A stretch of DNA of 64,000 nucleotides from Clostridia bacterium (GTDB lineage: Bacteria > Bacillota > Clostridia > TANB77 > CAG-508), in the NCBI GenBank assembly GCA_900759015.1, contig CAAEUE010000003.1, positions 7,122-71,121 on the forward strand, written 5' to 3'. The position numbers and the translations under genes were made by a program. The notes beneath the pieces were generated by a model. It saw only the letters and a program-made list of their open reading frames with translations. It did no database searches and was not told where the DNA came from. Below, in pieces: positions 1 through 8,895 of the stretch. Numbering within the stretch: the first letter of the stretch is position 1; each line of letters opens with the position of its first letter.

Positions 1-1
1 T

Positions 2-1954
2 TTAGCAATTATAGCACTTCTAATAATTATTATATGTATAAATAAGCCTGTGTTTATAATACCAGGAATAATTTTATTTATATTAATAATTATTTATTCT
101 TATTGGACAAATAGCAAACGTAATGCAGAATTATCAAGGCAGATACAAAATTTGACTATGACAATGGATGGAACTGCTAAAAAATCATTAATAAATTCAC
201 CTTTTCCATTAATAATTATAGAAACAACTGGTAATATTGTATGGAAAAGTTCTAAATTTGTTTATGAATTTGCAAATATAGATATAAACAATTATTTAAT
301 AGATATATTAGAAGAAATTAAAGAAGATATAGAATCACAACAAGATAAAAAACAAAAAACGATTACTAAAAAAGTTCAGATTGGTAATAAGATATATAGT
401 GTTTTAGGTGAATATATACGTTCAAAACAAAATGATAAATCTGAATACATAACAATATTGTACTTTTTAGATATAACTAAAATTATGAAAGAAAAGAAAA
501 AATATGAAGATTCTAAAACATGTGTTGGAATTCTAACTGTAGACAATTATGAAGAGATTATTCAAAGAATCGATGTAGAAAATAGACCACAAGTTGTTGC
601 CGAAATTGAGAAAGTTATTTATGATTGGGCAGCTTCTACAGGTGGAATTGTTGTTAAGAATGATAGAAATACATTTGTATATGTTTTTGAATATAAGTAT
701 TTAAAAGAAATTAAAGAAAATAAATTTGATATATTAGATCAAATTAAAGAAATAAATGTTGAAGCTGGAATCCAATTAACTTTAAGTATTGCAATATCAA
801 TAGATGGTGAGTCAAACTATGATAAATATAAAACAGCGCTAGAAAGCATGGATATTGTCCTTGGAAGAGGTGGAGATCAAGCTGTTATAAAAGAAAATGG
901 AAAATATACATTCTTTGGAGGAAGAACTGAAGAAGTAGAAAAGAGAACAAAAGTAAAAGCAAGAACTGTTGCACATGCTTTAGAAAATTTAATAAAAGAA
1001 TCAGACAATGTATTAATCATGGGTCATTCTAATGGAGATATAGATTCTATGGGATCAAGCCTTGGAATTTATAGGTTAGCAAAAACATTGGAAAAAGAAA
1101 CAAATATAGTAAATAATACTTATGGTATGACTTTAAGTAAATTCATAGAAGAACTTGAAAAAGATGATGAATATAAAGATGTTATTATAGGTAAAAGTGA
1201 AGCATTAAATAAAGCGACAAATAAAACTTTATTAGTAGTTACAGATACTCATAAGCAAAATTATGTAGAAGTACCAGAGTTATTAGATAAAGTTGGTCAA
1301 ATAGCTATAATAGATCATCATAGAAGAAGTACAGACTATATAGAAAATGCGACACTTACATTCCAAGAGGTATATGCATCTTCTGCTGCTGAATTAGTAA
1401 CAGAAATTTTACAATATACAGACGTAAAGATTAAATTAAAACCTATAGAAGTAGAAGGATTATATGGTGGAATTATGGTAGACACTAAAAACTTTACTTT
1501 TAAAACAGGTGTAAGAACATTTGAAGCAGCAGCATATTTACGTAGATGTGGTGTTGATATAATTAAAGTCAAAAAGTGGTTCCAAAGTGATTTAAATAGT
1601 TACAATGAAATTGCAAATATAGTTAAAAATGCAGAAATGTATGATAATTCTATTGCAATTGCTATATATGATAAAGAAGACAAAGATGCAAATCTAATTT
1701 GTGCTAAAGCTGCTGATGAATTATTAACTATTTCTGATATAACAGCATCATTTGTACTTGGAAATGTAGGAGATAAGGTATGTATAAGTGGTAGATCTAT
1801 AGGAGATGTAAATGTACAACTTATATTAGAAAAACTTGGTGGCGGTGGTCATATAACATTGGCAGGAGCACAAGTTGAAGGTATGACTTTAGAAGAAGTA
1901 AAACAAGAACTAATTAATAGAATAAATGAATATTTTTCAGAAATAGCAAATTAG
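2..1954 (+). CDS. gdpP: GdpP-like c-di-AMP phosphodiesterase (TM-PAS-degenerate GGDEF-DHH-DHHA1); 5' end lies outside the window
   Basis: Reading frame is open back to the window edge, with an N-terminal hydrophobic helix. DHH motif IIDHHRRS and DHHA1 GGGGH are present. 634 aa lie within the window. Confidence 0.65.
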   Translation, partial: LAIIALLIIIICINKPVFIIPGIILFILIIIYSYWTNSKRNAELSRQIQNLTMTMDGTAKKSLINSPFPLIIIETTGNIVWKSSKFVYEFANIDINNYLIDILEEIKEDIESQQDKKQKTITKKVQIGNKIYSVLGEYIRSKQNDKSEYITILYFLDITKIMKEKKKYEDSKTCVGILTVDNYEEIIQRIDVENRPQVVAEIEKVIYDWAASTGGIVVKNDRNTFVYVFEYKYLKEIKENKFDILDQIKEINVEAGIQLTLSIAISIDGESNYDKYKTALESMDIVLGRGGDQAVIKENGKYTFFGGRTEEVEKRTKVKARTVAHALENLIKESDNVLIMGHSNGDIDSMGSSLGIYRLAKTLEKETNIVNNTYGMTLSKFIEELEKDDEYKDVIIGKSEALNKATNKTLLVVTDTHKQNYVEVPELLDKVGQIAIIDHHRRSTDYIENATLTFQEVYASSAAELVTEILQYTDVKIKLKPIEVEGLYGGIMVDTKNFTFKTGVRTFEAAAYLRRCGVDIIKVKKWFQSDLNSYNEIANIVKNAEMYDNSIAIAIYDKEDKDANLICAKAADELLTISDITASFVLGNVGDKVCISGRSIGDVNVQLILEKLGGGGHITLAGAQVEGMTLEEVKQELINRINEYFSEIAN

Positions 1955-1959
1955 AAAAA

Positions 1960-1986
1960 GGGATTTGGGGACGTTCCTCAAATCCC
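1960..1986 (+). repeat. REP copy 1: GGGATTTGGGGACGTTCCTCAAATCCC, 6 nt after the gdpP stop and followed by a T-run
   Basis: 7-bp terminal inverted repeat GGGATTT/AAATCCC around a GGGGACGTTCC core, shared with the other copies listed below. Confidence 0.8.
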
Positions 1987-2114
1987 TTTTTTGTTATAGA
2001 AAATAAGTTATATTAATTTTGTTTTGTGGTGATATACAATAAATTGACAAATTATGTAAAGTGAATTATAATTAATATGTTATGTGTTGTTGGTATCCTA
2101 AGGAGGGAAATTTT

Positions 2115-2318
2115 ATGCTAGAATTATTTGTCATCATTGTGTTTTTCCTGTTAGTTTCTTTAGCATTTCTACCATATTTGGCAGTTATACTTTGGGTTCT
2201 CCAAATATGTAATGAAATGGACAATGCAGTGTCAAAAAAGGAACGGTTTAAAGGATATTTCTACATAGTTCTATTAATTGTAGGAATGCTTATACATGTT
2301 TGGTTAGTTTACTATTAG
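2115..2318 (+). CDS. small hydrophobic membrane protein (67 aa), unknown function
   Basis: AAGGAGGG RBS 8 nt upstream of the ATG; two predicted TM helices. Confidence 0.4.
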   Translation: MLELFVIIVFFLLVSLAFLPYLAVILWVLQICNEMDNAVSKKERFKGYFYIVLLIVGMLIHVWLVYY

Positions 2319-2358
2319 TGGACTAACAGAGATTATTTGTTTTTACAACACAGAACTG

Positions 2359-2384
2359 GAAGCCTCCTCGTGGAGGTCTTTTTC
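2359..2384 (+). terminator. putative rho-independent terminator (GC-rich hairpin CCTCC/GGAGG followed by T-run)
   Basis: Hairpin gaagcctcctcgtggaggtc followed by ttttt. Confidence 0.4.
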
Positions 2385-2520
2385 AGTTATAGAGTTATAG
2401 ATATGCGATGTTTTTGCAATGAAAGTATACATAAAGCAATTGTTAGATATGCACATGGCATTTTTGCTAATAGCTCTTTACTGGTTAAAAAATAAGGAAT
2501 TTTTCTTGTTGATAAAAATA

Positions 2521-2625
2521 TGTGGAAATTGTGGAATACACAAAAGTTATGTGGATAAAAAAAAGGTGGATAACACGAAACTGTTAATATAAAAGGGTGG
2601 ATAATGTGGATAACTGTGTGGATAA
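2521..2625 (+). promoter_or_regulatory. DnaA-box cluster: 3 exact TGTGGATAA, 2 one-mismatch and 2 two-mismatch boxes, all in one orientation, followed by a very AT-rich tract
   Basis: Exact boxes at 2550-2558, 2605-2613 and 2617-2625. GGTGGATAA at 2565-2573 and 2596-2604. TGTGGAAAT and TGTGGAATA at 2521-2538. Confidence 0.6.
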
Positions 2626-2753
2626 TTACAAAATAGACATAAAAACAACAAAAAACTACAAAAATTGATAAAATATTAAAATTATAAATTTAATATAAAA
2701 ATATTTGAAAAAATAATTAATATATGTTACTATGAAAAAAACGAGGTGATAAT

Positions 2754-2939
2754 ATGTCAGATGATAGAAAAATAGAAGTTATAAATGGAAATGGGGATGA
2801 TTTAGAAATATCACCAGTATATGACCATTTAGATATTGAAAAACCAAATACAGAGAAAAAGAAAGAAATAGTTATACCAAAGGAAAAGAAAAAAGAAGAT
2901 AAGGATGTAGAAGAAAAAGATTCTGATGAAGAAGAATAG
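2754..2939 (+). CDS. small acidic protein (61 aa), unknown function
   Basis: GAGGTG RBS 7 nt upstream of the ATG; K/E/D-rich product. Confidence 0.35.
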   Translation: MSDDRKIEVINGNGDDLEISPVYDHLDIEKPNTEKKKEIVIPKEKKKEDKDVEEKDSDEEE

Positions 2940-3053
2940 GCAACATTGCATTAAATGTTGCTATATTTTTTGATATTGTATACATATAAATACTGAAAAA
3001 TAAGCAAAAATTATAAATTATTAAAATTAATTTTAGTTTTTAATCTTAAACTA

Positions 3054-3082
3054 TTGACAGTTACTGACAAAAATGGTATTAT
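3054..3082 (+). promoter_or_regulatory. sigma-A-type promoter for the tRNA (TTGACA-17-TATTAT)
   Basis: TTGACA at 3054-3059, 17-nt spacer, TATTAT at 3077-3082, about 20 nt upstream of the tRNA 5' end. Confidence 0.5.
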
Positions 3083-3101
3083 ATATCTTGTCCGAAGAAA
3101 T

Positions 3102-3178
3102 GGGTCAGTAGCTCAGTTGGATAGAGCATTGGCCTTCTAAGCCAAGGGTCGGGGGTTCGAATCCCTCCTGGCTCACCA
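3102..3178 (+). tRNA. tRNA-Arg (anticodon TCT), CCA encoded
   Basis: Cloverleaf: acceptor stem GGGTCAG/CTGGCTC, D arm GCTCAGTTGGATAGAGC, anticodon loop CTTCTAA, T arm GGGGGTTCGAATCCCTC. Confidence 0.9.
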
Positions 3179-3185
3179 TTTCAAA

Positions 3186-3232
3186 AAAACTCTACAATGT
3201 TGAATATCAACGTTTGTAGAGTTTTAATTTTT
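3186..3232. terminator. bidirectional terminator (nested hairpins AACTCTACAA...TTGTAGAGTT) serving the tRNA (+) and the XRE gene (-)
   Basis: 10-bp stem with flanking A/T runs on both sides. Confidence 0.55.
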
Positions 3233-3235
3233 TTA

Positions 3236-3679
3236 TTAATTTTGTTCTTTAAATAAATAAGTTAGATAGCTAGTTAATTTATTTTTATTTTCTGGAGATA
3301 AAGAATTATATATCTCGATAACATTATTTAATTGTACATCTTTTGAATCTAAATTTTTAATTTTATTAGGATTATCAGTTAATCCCAATAAATAATCTGT
3401 AGAACAATTAAAATAATTTGCAAGTTTAATTAGATTAGGAATTGTTGGAAGACTTTTTCCTAGTTCATATTGTGAAATTAATTCTTGTGACACTTCAATA
3501 TCAACTGATAATTTTAATTGTGTGACTTTTCTTTTTTCTCGCATTTTTTTCAAATTTTTTAATTTCATAATATACCTCCAGAATTTTATAGAGTAATTAT
3601 ATAAATAGGAAATGTAGTCACAAGAAGTAGTACTTATAAAAGAAAAAAATAATACAAGTAACACTTGTAAAAGGTACAA
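3236..3679 (-). CDS. XRE-family HTH transcriptional regulator (Cro/cI-like)
   Basis: HTH motif LSVDIEVSQELISQYELGKSLPTIPNLIKLANYFNCSTDYLLGL. Confidence 0.6.
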   Translation of the reverse strand: MYLLQVLLVLFFSFISTTSCDYISYLYNYSIKFWRYIMKLKNLKKMREKRKVTQLKLSVDIEVSQELISQYELGKSLPTIPNLIKLANYFNCSTDYLLGLTDNPNKIKNLDSKDVQLNNVIEIYNSLSPENKNKLTSYLTYLFKEQN

Positions 3680-3808
3680 GTATATGTTATATTTAATGTG
3701 ATTAATATTATTAATATAAGGAGGGAAAATAGGGATAAATCAATAAAAATAGTATATGCAAAATAAATAATTTGATACAAAAGAATTAATAAGGGGGAAA
3801 TAAATGAT

Positions 3809-5341
3809 ATGAATTGTAAAAAATGTGGAAATGAAATAAAAGAAGGAGAAATGTTTTGTAGTAAATGTGGAGCAAAAATTAAACAAGAAAAAAACAAGAA
3901 AAGCAATAAAAAAATAATAATTATATCTATTGCAATAGTAGTATTAATTGCAATTGCTATTGGTATTATTCTTTATTTTAATCAAAATGTTGAACAAACA
4001 AGTAAGAATGAAAATACAGTAGCAGAAAATAATGAAATTGAACAAGCAAGTTCAAATATACAGGCTAATGGGACAGATAAAGTTAGTTTTACAAACATGA
4101 ATTCAGATGATGAAAATTTAAGTGAAGATGAGCAAGCAATTTTAAAATATTTTGATAATGATTATTTTGAGTTCTCTGTTGAATTTGCACAAAGATATCC
4201 TCAAATATTTAAAGATGCAAAAGTAGAAGCCGGACCAGCTCAAGTAATTAAAGTTATAAATTCTACAGATGAAGAATATGAGGCTGTAGTAAGTATAAAT
4301 GCATATGGATTAGGAATAACATCAATGGAAGAAGATCCAGATATTAAAGATTTTTTTGTGATAAGAGGGAAACAACTATCATCAAGAATAATTGCTGGTG
4401 ATGAAGTAACAATATATGGAAGATATGTAAATGTAGAAAATTTTGAGATTGATGGTAAGACTTACAACCTACCTGTTATAAATGTAATGAATATAATTAA
4501 ACCTAATTGGACTAACAAAGAAAATGATTCAAACTATAGATTTGGATTAGATACAATAAAGCCAGTAGCTGAATATATTTTTGGAAAGAACATAAAAATA
4601 TCAGAACCTGTCTTTGGAGAAGATTATGATTTAACAACTAATAATCCTGATGAATTCTTTTATATGGTAACTTTAGATAATCAATCAAATGCTAATTTTA
4701 AGGTATTTGATATGTCCAGAAGTAATGGAACCATAAGTTATAATATAAAGCATAATAATATTTCTAGCGGAACAAATAAGGAATTATTTGTATCAGCAGA
4801 TTTTCAACATTTTATTGTAACAACATATGATAAGAATTTGAAACATATTTATATTGATTATTATGATAGAAATTTGCAAAAACAATGGGGAAGAGAATTT
4901 GAGTATACTTCTAACAACGATATGCTTGAAAGTCCAATGGATTATACAGATACACAGATGGCAATAGTTATAGATAATGATTTACATTTAATTGATTTAT
5001 CTTCTGGAGAGGATATTATAGAACCTGTAATTGTGGGAAATAAGATAAGAGTTAATATGATGAATGATGGAATTATATTAATTGGAAATGATAACAAGGA
5101 TACAATTATGAAAGTAGATTATGAAGGAAAAATTATATTTAGAACAGATGCTGATACTCAGAACTTAACAACTATTAATTATGCATATACACAAATAGTA
5201 GATGGAAAAATGGTTATATGTTTACAAGGAACAAATGAAAATTTCGTAAACCAGATAGGAGCATCATATGATGATGCATATCCAACTAAATACATTGTAT
5301 TAAATTCTGATGGTACAGTAGAAGTTTCAACAGAAGGATAA
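3809..5341 (+). CDS. membrane protein with N-terminal zinc-ribbon (CxxC-x11-CxxC), one TM and a large extracytoplasmic domain; unknown function
   Basis: MNCKKCGNEIKEGEMFCSKCG motif, hydrophobic segment at residues 35-55, AAGGGGG RBS. Confidence 0.6.
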   Translation: MNCKKCGNEIKEGEMFCSKCGAKIKQEKNKKSNKKIIIISIAIVVLIAIAIGIILYFNQNVEQTSKNENTVAENNEIEQASSNIQANGTDKVSFTNMNSDDENLSEDEQAILKYFDNDYFEFSVEFAQRYPQIFKDAKVEAGPAQVIKVINSTDEEYEAVVSINAYGLGITSMEEDPDIKDFFVIRGKQLSSRIIAGDEVTIYGRYVNVENFEIDGKTYNLPVINVMNIIKPNWTNKENDSNYRFGLDTIKPVAEYIFGKNIKISEPVFGEDYDLTTNNPDEFFYMVTLDNQSNANFKVFDMSRSNGTISYNIKHNNISSGTNKELFVSADFQHFIVTTYDKNLKHIYIDYYDRNLQKQWGREFEYTSNNDMLESPMDYTDTQMAIVIDNDLHLIDLSSGEDIIEPVIVGNKIRVNMMNDGIILIGNDNKDTIMKVDYEGKIIFRTDADTQNLTTINYAYTQIVDGKMVICLQGTNENFVNQIGASYDDAYPTKYIVLNSDGTVEVSTEG

Positions 5342-5367
5342 ATAATAAAAAAATATATATTATATAG

Positions 5368-5420
5368 AAAACTCAAGATATAGTAAATTAGATAATTTGT
5401 CTATTTCTTGAGTTTTTTGT
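5368..5420 (+). terminator. rho-independent terminator (AAAACTCAAGA...TCTTGAGTTTTTT)
   Basis: 11-bp stem followed by T6. Confidence 0.5.
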
Positions 5421-5617
5421 AATTACTTTGAGGAGTTATAAAAGTCAGTTTTTAAATACGTTTAGTATAAATGTTGTTAGAAGAAATTTTATATGGTAAA
5501 ATTAACATATTATATGAAAAAATTTATAATATATTGAACTATCAACAAAAAATTTATTAGTTTTAATATAATATTTATGACATTAGGATAATAGAAAACA
5601 GAAAGAAGAGTGGTTAA

Positions 5618-6202
5618 ATGAAATTAACAGAGGAAGAAGCTTTAAAATTATTAGAGAATTTTAAAAACAAAGTAGAAAATATAAGTTGGATAGAACATTC
5701 AATTTGTGTAGGAAATACAGCAGGAAAAATTGCAGAAAAATTGGGTATAGATGTAGAAAAAGCAAAAGCTTGTGGATATATTCATGATATAGGTAAAGGA
5801 ACAGCAGACTTTGAAAATCATCCAATGCAGGGATATAAATTTCTAAAAGAGCTAGAATATGATGAGGAATATGCCAATATTTGTTTAACGCATTCATATT
5901 TAAATAATGATATCAATTGTGTTGCAGCTGAAATGCATCCAAAGGAGATATATTTTATAAAAAAATTCATAACAAAGTACGAATATACAATTTATGACAA
6001 ATTAATAACTTTATGTGATTTAATTTCTATGAATGTTAATGTAACATTAGAAAAAAGATTAATAGATATATATGATAGGCGAGGAGTGCATAAAAATACA
6101 GTATATAATCTTAGAGAATCAAAAAAATTAAAAAAAGAATTTGATAAAATGCTAGGATATAATGTGTATAAATTGTTTCCAAAAATAATTGAAAATTTAT
6201 AA
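5618..6202 (+). CDS. HD-domain (HDIG) phosphohydrolase
   Basis: H...HD motif (HSICV...GYIHDIGKG). Confidence 0.6.
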   Translation: MKLTEEEALKLLENFKNKVENISWIEHSICVGNTAGKIAEKLGIDVEKAKACGYIHDIGKGTADFENHPMQGYKFLKELEYDEEYANICLTHSYLNNDINCVAAEMHPKEIYFIKKFITKYEYTIYDKLITLCDLISMNVNVTLEKRLIDIYDRRGVHKNTVYNLRESKKLKKEFDKMLGYNVYKLFPKIIENL

Positions 6203-6389
6203 TATGATTAAAGAATGTGTATTAAACTGTATTAAAATTAGCATATAATCATTTATTTCCAAAATAAAATCGACATTTATTTACAAAAAATAAAAACTTT
6301 TCATGAATAAAGAGTATATAAAAAACGACATAATAATAGTAAACATATTAAAATTTAGAAAATATGCAATTATTTATGAGGAGGAAAAA

Positions 6390-7292
6390 ATGAAAAGTAA
6401 ATTATATATAAAAGCATTGTTAATAATATTATTAGTTATTTCTTTAATAACTATACCCAATATAAGTAATGCCACAGAAAGAACAGCAAATGATGAAAGT
6501 ACTTTAACAAGTGCAATAACAAGTGCTACAGATGGTGATGTTATTAATTTATCTCAAGATATTACAATAACAGCTCCAATTGAAGTTTCTGGTAAATCAA
6601 TTACAATAAATGGTAATGGACATAGTATTATTGCTGGTTATACAGGAACATCTGGAAACAAAACAATTTTATCAGCAGTTTCAACTGGAAGTGTTATTAA
6701 ATTAAAAAATATTACATTAAAAAACAGCCCTAAATATGGTGTACAAGCATATGATGGTGGAAAAGTAATTTTAAATCAAGTTACGCTTTCTAACAATGCT
6801 TATGGTGGAGTTTTAATAAATGGAGGAACTGCAGAAGTTATTAATTTATCATTGATAGGAAATAAGACAGGTATAGAGATTTCAAAATCTAAATCTATAA
6901 CATCTAATAATGAGCCAACATTAATAATGAATGGTAAATTAACTTCTGATGCGACAGATAATGTTATTTATCTAGCAAATGATCCAAACGATAATACTAA
7001 TAAGTTTGTGATAGAAAACACAGATAATACAGAAAATAAAATTTTAGCAAGTGGAAATAAAGTTGTAGTAACAGATGTAAATAATAATATTTTATACACA
7101 AGTAATGAGACAACAAAGCAAATAGATGTTGAGGATTATGAAGAAAATCATCCAGAAACAGATAAAAATAATACGAGTGAAAACGATAAAGTAGAAAATC
7201 CACATACAGGAGATTCAATTTTAGGATATGTTGCAACAGGAATAATAGCTGTAATGGGAATTGCAATTTTATCAAAGAAAAATAATAAATAA
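6390..7292 (+). CDS. secreted right-handed beta-helix (pectate-lyase-fold) surface protein with C-terminal sortase signal NPHTG + TM + KKNNK
   Basis: GAGGAGG RBS, signal peptide, repeated G/N/T/S-rich beta-helix rungs. Class-B-type sorting signal NPHTGDS followed by a hydrophobic stretch and basic tail. Confidence 0.65.
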   Translation: MKSKLYIKALLIILLVISLITIPNISNATERTANDESTLTSAITSATDGDVINLSQDITITAPIEVSGKSITINGNGHSIIAGYTGTSGNKTILSAVSTGSVIKLKNITLKNSPKYGVQAYDGGKVILNQVTLSNNAYGGVLINGGTAEVINLSLIGNKTGIEISKSKSITSNNEPTLIMNGKLTSDATDNVIYLANDPNDNTNKFVIENTDNTENKILASGNKVVVTDVNNNILYTSNETTKQIDVEDYEENHPETDKNNTSENDKVENPHTGDSILGYVATGIIAVMGIAILSKKNNK

Positions 7293-7326
7293 TAAAAAAA
7301 TAAGGTGGGAATAAAATTGAAGTGCA

Positions 7327-7373
7327 CCCCAAATGTTAGACAAAAAATCTAACATTTGGAGGTGTATTTTTTA
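7327..7373. terminator. bidirectional terminator between convergent genes (CACCCCAAATGTTAGA...TCTAACATTTGGAGGTG + T-run)
   Basis: About 16-bp imperfect stem followed by TTTTTT. Confidence 0.55.
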
Positions 7374-7383
7374 TGAGTAAATA

Positions 7384-8256
7384 TTATTCAGCAGGAATGA
7401 CATCTGTATCAGTAACTATATCTGGTTCAAGCAAAAATGTACGTTCAAAATAGTAACCATTAGAGTTATGTTGTAGTTCTCGAACAGGTAGCTTTGTTTC
7501 TTTATTTATCCATAATTCTCTGTAATCTGTACTTGAGTTATTAAGCTTTAAAACGTAACACTCTGCATTATTATAAGTGTCATTTAGTATATTTAATCCC
7601 AAAATACGAGAAAAATCATTTGAAATATAGTAGATGTCAGAAAAGACTTCAAAAATTTTACCTTTATCTGAATATAAATTTGAAATCTGAGATATAGAGT
7701 TAGTATTATTATCATGGTAAATAAATGTAGAATTATCAGAATTGGTTTCTCCATAAGTTGTTTTTATAATATCAGAATTTGCAGAAGCACTTTCGCTTTT
7801 ATATTTACCATTTTTATAATAGAAAGTATCTATAAATTCATATTTTTTCTGTGTGTCAGCTGTTATGTAATATTGATATGTAGTAAATTTATAATTGTTC
7901 AAATTAGTAATTTCTTGAATTTTGCCATAAGTTTCAGTTATTATAGATTTTTTTGGTATATATATAAATATATATAAAAATACTATACTTAATATTATAA
8001 TTATAAATCCTATTGAAGATAATGTTAAAATAAATTGTTTTTTTCTAAATTTTTTGATTTGCCTTATTTCAGCTTCTTTTTCTTTAATATCATTATCATA
8101 ATTAATATCATCTTTTTCTTCAATATTTTTTAAAATTGTATTACATTCTGAACATGTTTTTAAATGGTCTTTTATAAAATCTTTTGTTTGAGTTCCAACT
8201 AGGTTCTCAATGTAATTAGGAAGTAAATCTCTTACTATTTCACATTCTTTTTTCAT
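7384..8256 (-). CDS. membrane anti-sigma factor (N-terminal zinc-finger HC2-type, single TM, extracytoplasmic domain)
   Basis: CEIVRDLLPNYIENL...HLKTCSECN motif; 4-nt overlap with the upstream sigma-factor gene. Confidence 0.55.
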   Translation of the reverse strand: MKKECEIVRDLLPNYIENLVGTQTKDFIKDHLKTCSECNTILKNIEEKDDINYDNDIKEKEAEIRQIKKFRKKQFILTLSSIGFIIIILSIVFLYIFIYIPKKSIITETYGKIQEITNLNNYKFTTYQYYITADTQKKYEFIDTFYYKNGKYKSESASANSDIIKTTYGETNSDNSTFIYHDNNTNSISQISNLYSDKGKIFEVFSDIYYISNDFSRILGLNILNDTYNNAECYVLKLNNSSTDYRELWINKETKLPVRELQHNSNGYYFERTFLLEPDIVTDTDVIPAE

Positions 8257-8722
8257 TCTTTAATCTCTCCTTTAACTTTAATTTTGCTCTATAAAAGGTT
8301 GTTCGGGCCCAAACTTCACTTTTATTTAATATTTCTCCAATTTTTTTAAAAGATAAATCCCCATTAATTCTTAAAAGTACTACTTCACGTGTAATATCAT
8401 CAAATTTTTGAATTTCATTATGTATATCGTTAGAAGATAATATATCATCTTCTAAATTTGCATCTATAAGTTGATTAGATATGACTTCATCGAGTTGTAT
8501 AGTTTTTATCTTCCTATTTTTTATAAGGTGATTTATTAACTTGTTTTTTGCAATTTTACATAGCCAAGAATACATACTACATTCGCCTCTGAAATTATTT
8601 ATATTTTTTATAGCACTATAGAAAGTTTCTTGCATTATTTCTTCAGAAAGTTCATGATTTTGAGTTAAACTATATAAATATCTATATAACTGCTTAGAAT
8701 ATTTTTTATATATTTCTTCCAT
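8240..8722 (-). CDS. ECF-type RNA polymerase sigma-70 family factor
   Basis: Sigma-70 region 2 (YRYLYSLTQNHELSEEIMQETFY) and region 4 (VVLLRINGDLSFKKIGEIL). Start placed at the GGAGG-preceded ATG, not the longer ORF. Confidence 0.7.
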   Translation of the reverse strand: MEEIYKKYSKQLYRYLYSLTQNHELSEEIMQETFYSAIKNINNFRGECSMYSWLCKIAKNKLINHLIKNRKIKTIQLDEVISNQLIDANLEDDILSSNDIHNEIQKFDDITREVVLLRINGDLSFKKIGEILNKSEVWARTTFYRAKLKLKERLKNEKRM

Positions 8723-8814
8723 TATTACCTCCTCTATAATGTTAGACAAAATAAAGTCGAATTTCGTTACAAGAAATAAAGATTTTAAATTTAATAATAT
8801 AATTTTAATTAATA

Positions 8815-8841
8815 GGGATTTTATCACCGTCCCAAAATCCC
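8815..8841 (-). repeat. degenerate REP copy (GGGATTTTATCACCGTCCCAAAATCCC) followed by phased A-tracts
   Basis: Terminal GGGATTT/AAATCCC arms retained; core diverged. Confidence 0.5.
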
Positions 8842-8895
8842 AAATACTGTTTTCCAAAATTCCGAAAACTGTCCAAAAATCCTGAAAAGCCTATA

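Noticed and set aside
1336-1572. Numerous 60-150-aa antisense ORFs inside larger genes (e.g. 1336-1572, 5661-5897, 13486-13773, 21432-21842, 25229-25669, 46938-47726)
   Set aside because: Typical AT-rich-genome artefacts: low-complexity L/I/F/S-rich products, no RBS, fully embedded antisense to well-supported CDSs.
2521-2750. Calling this the chromosomal origin oriC
   Set aside because: No dnaA/dnaN adjacent, and only one box cluster where a bipartite arrangement is expected; retained only as a DnaA-box cluster of unknown role.
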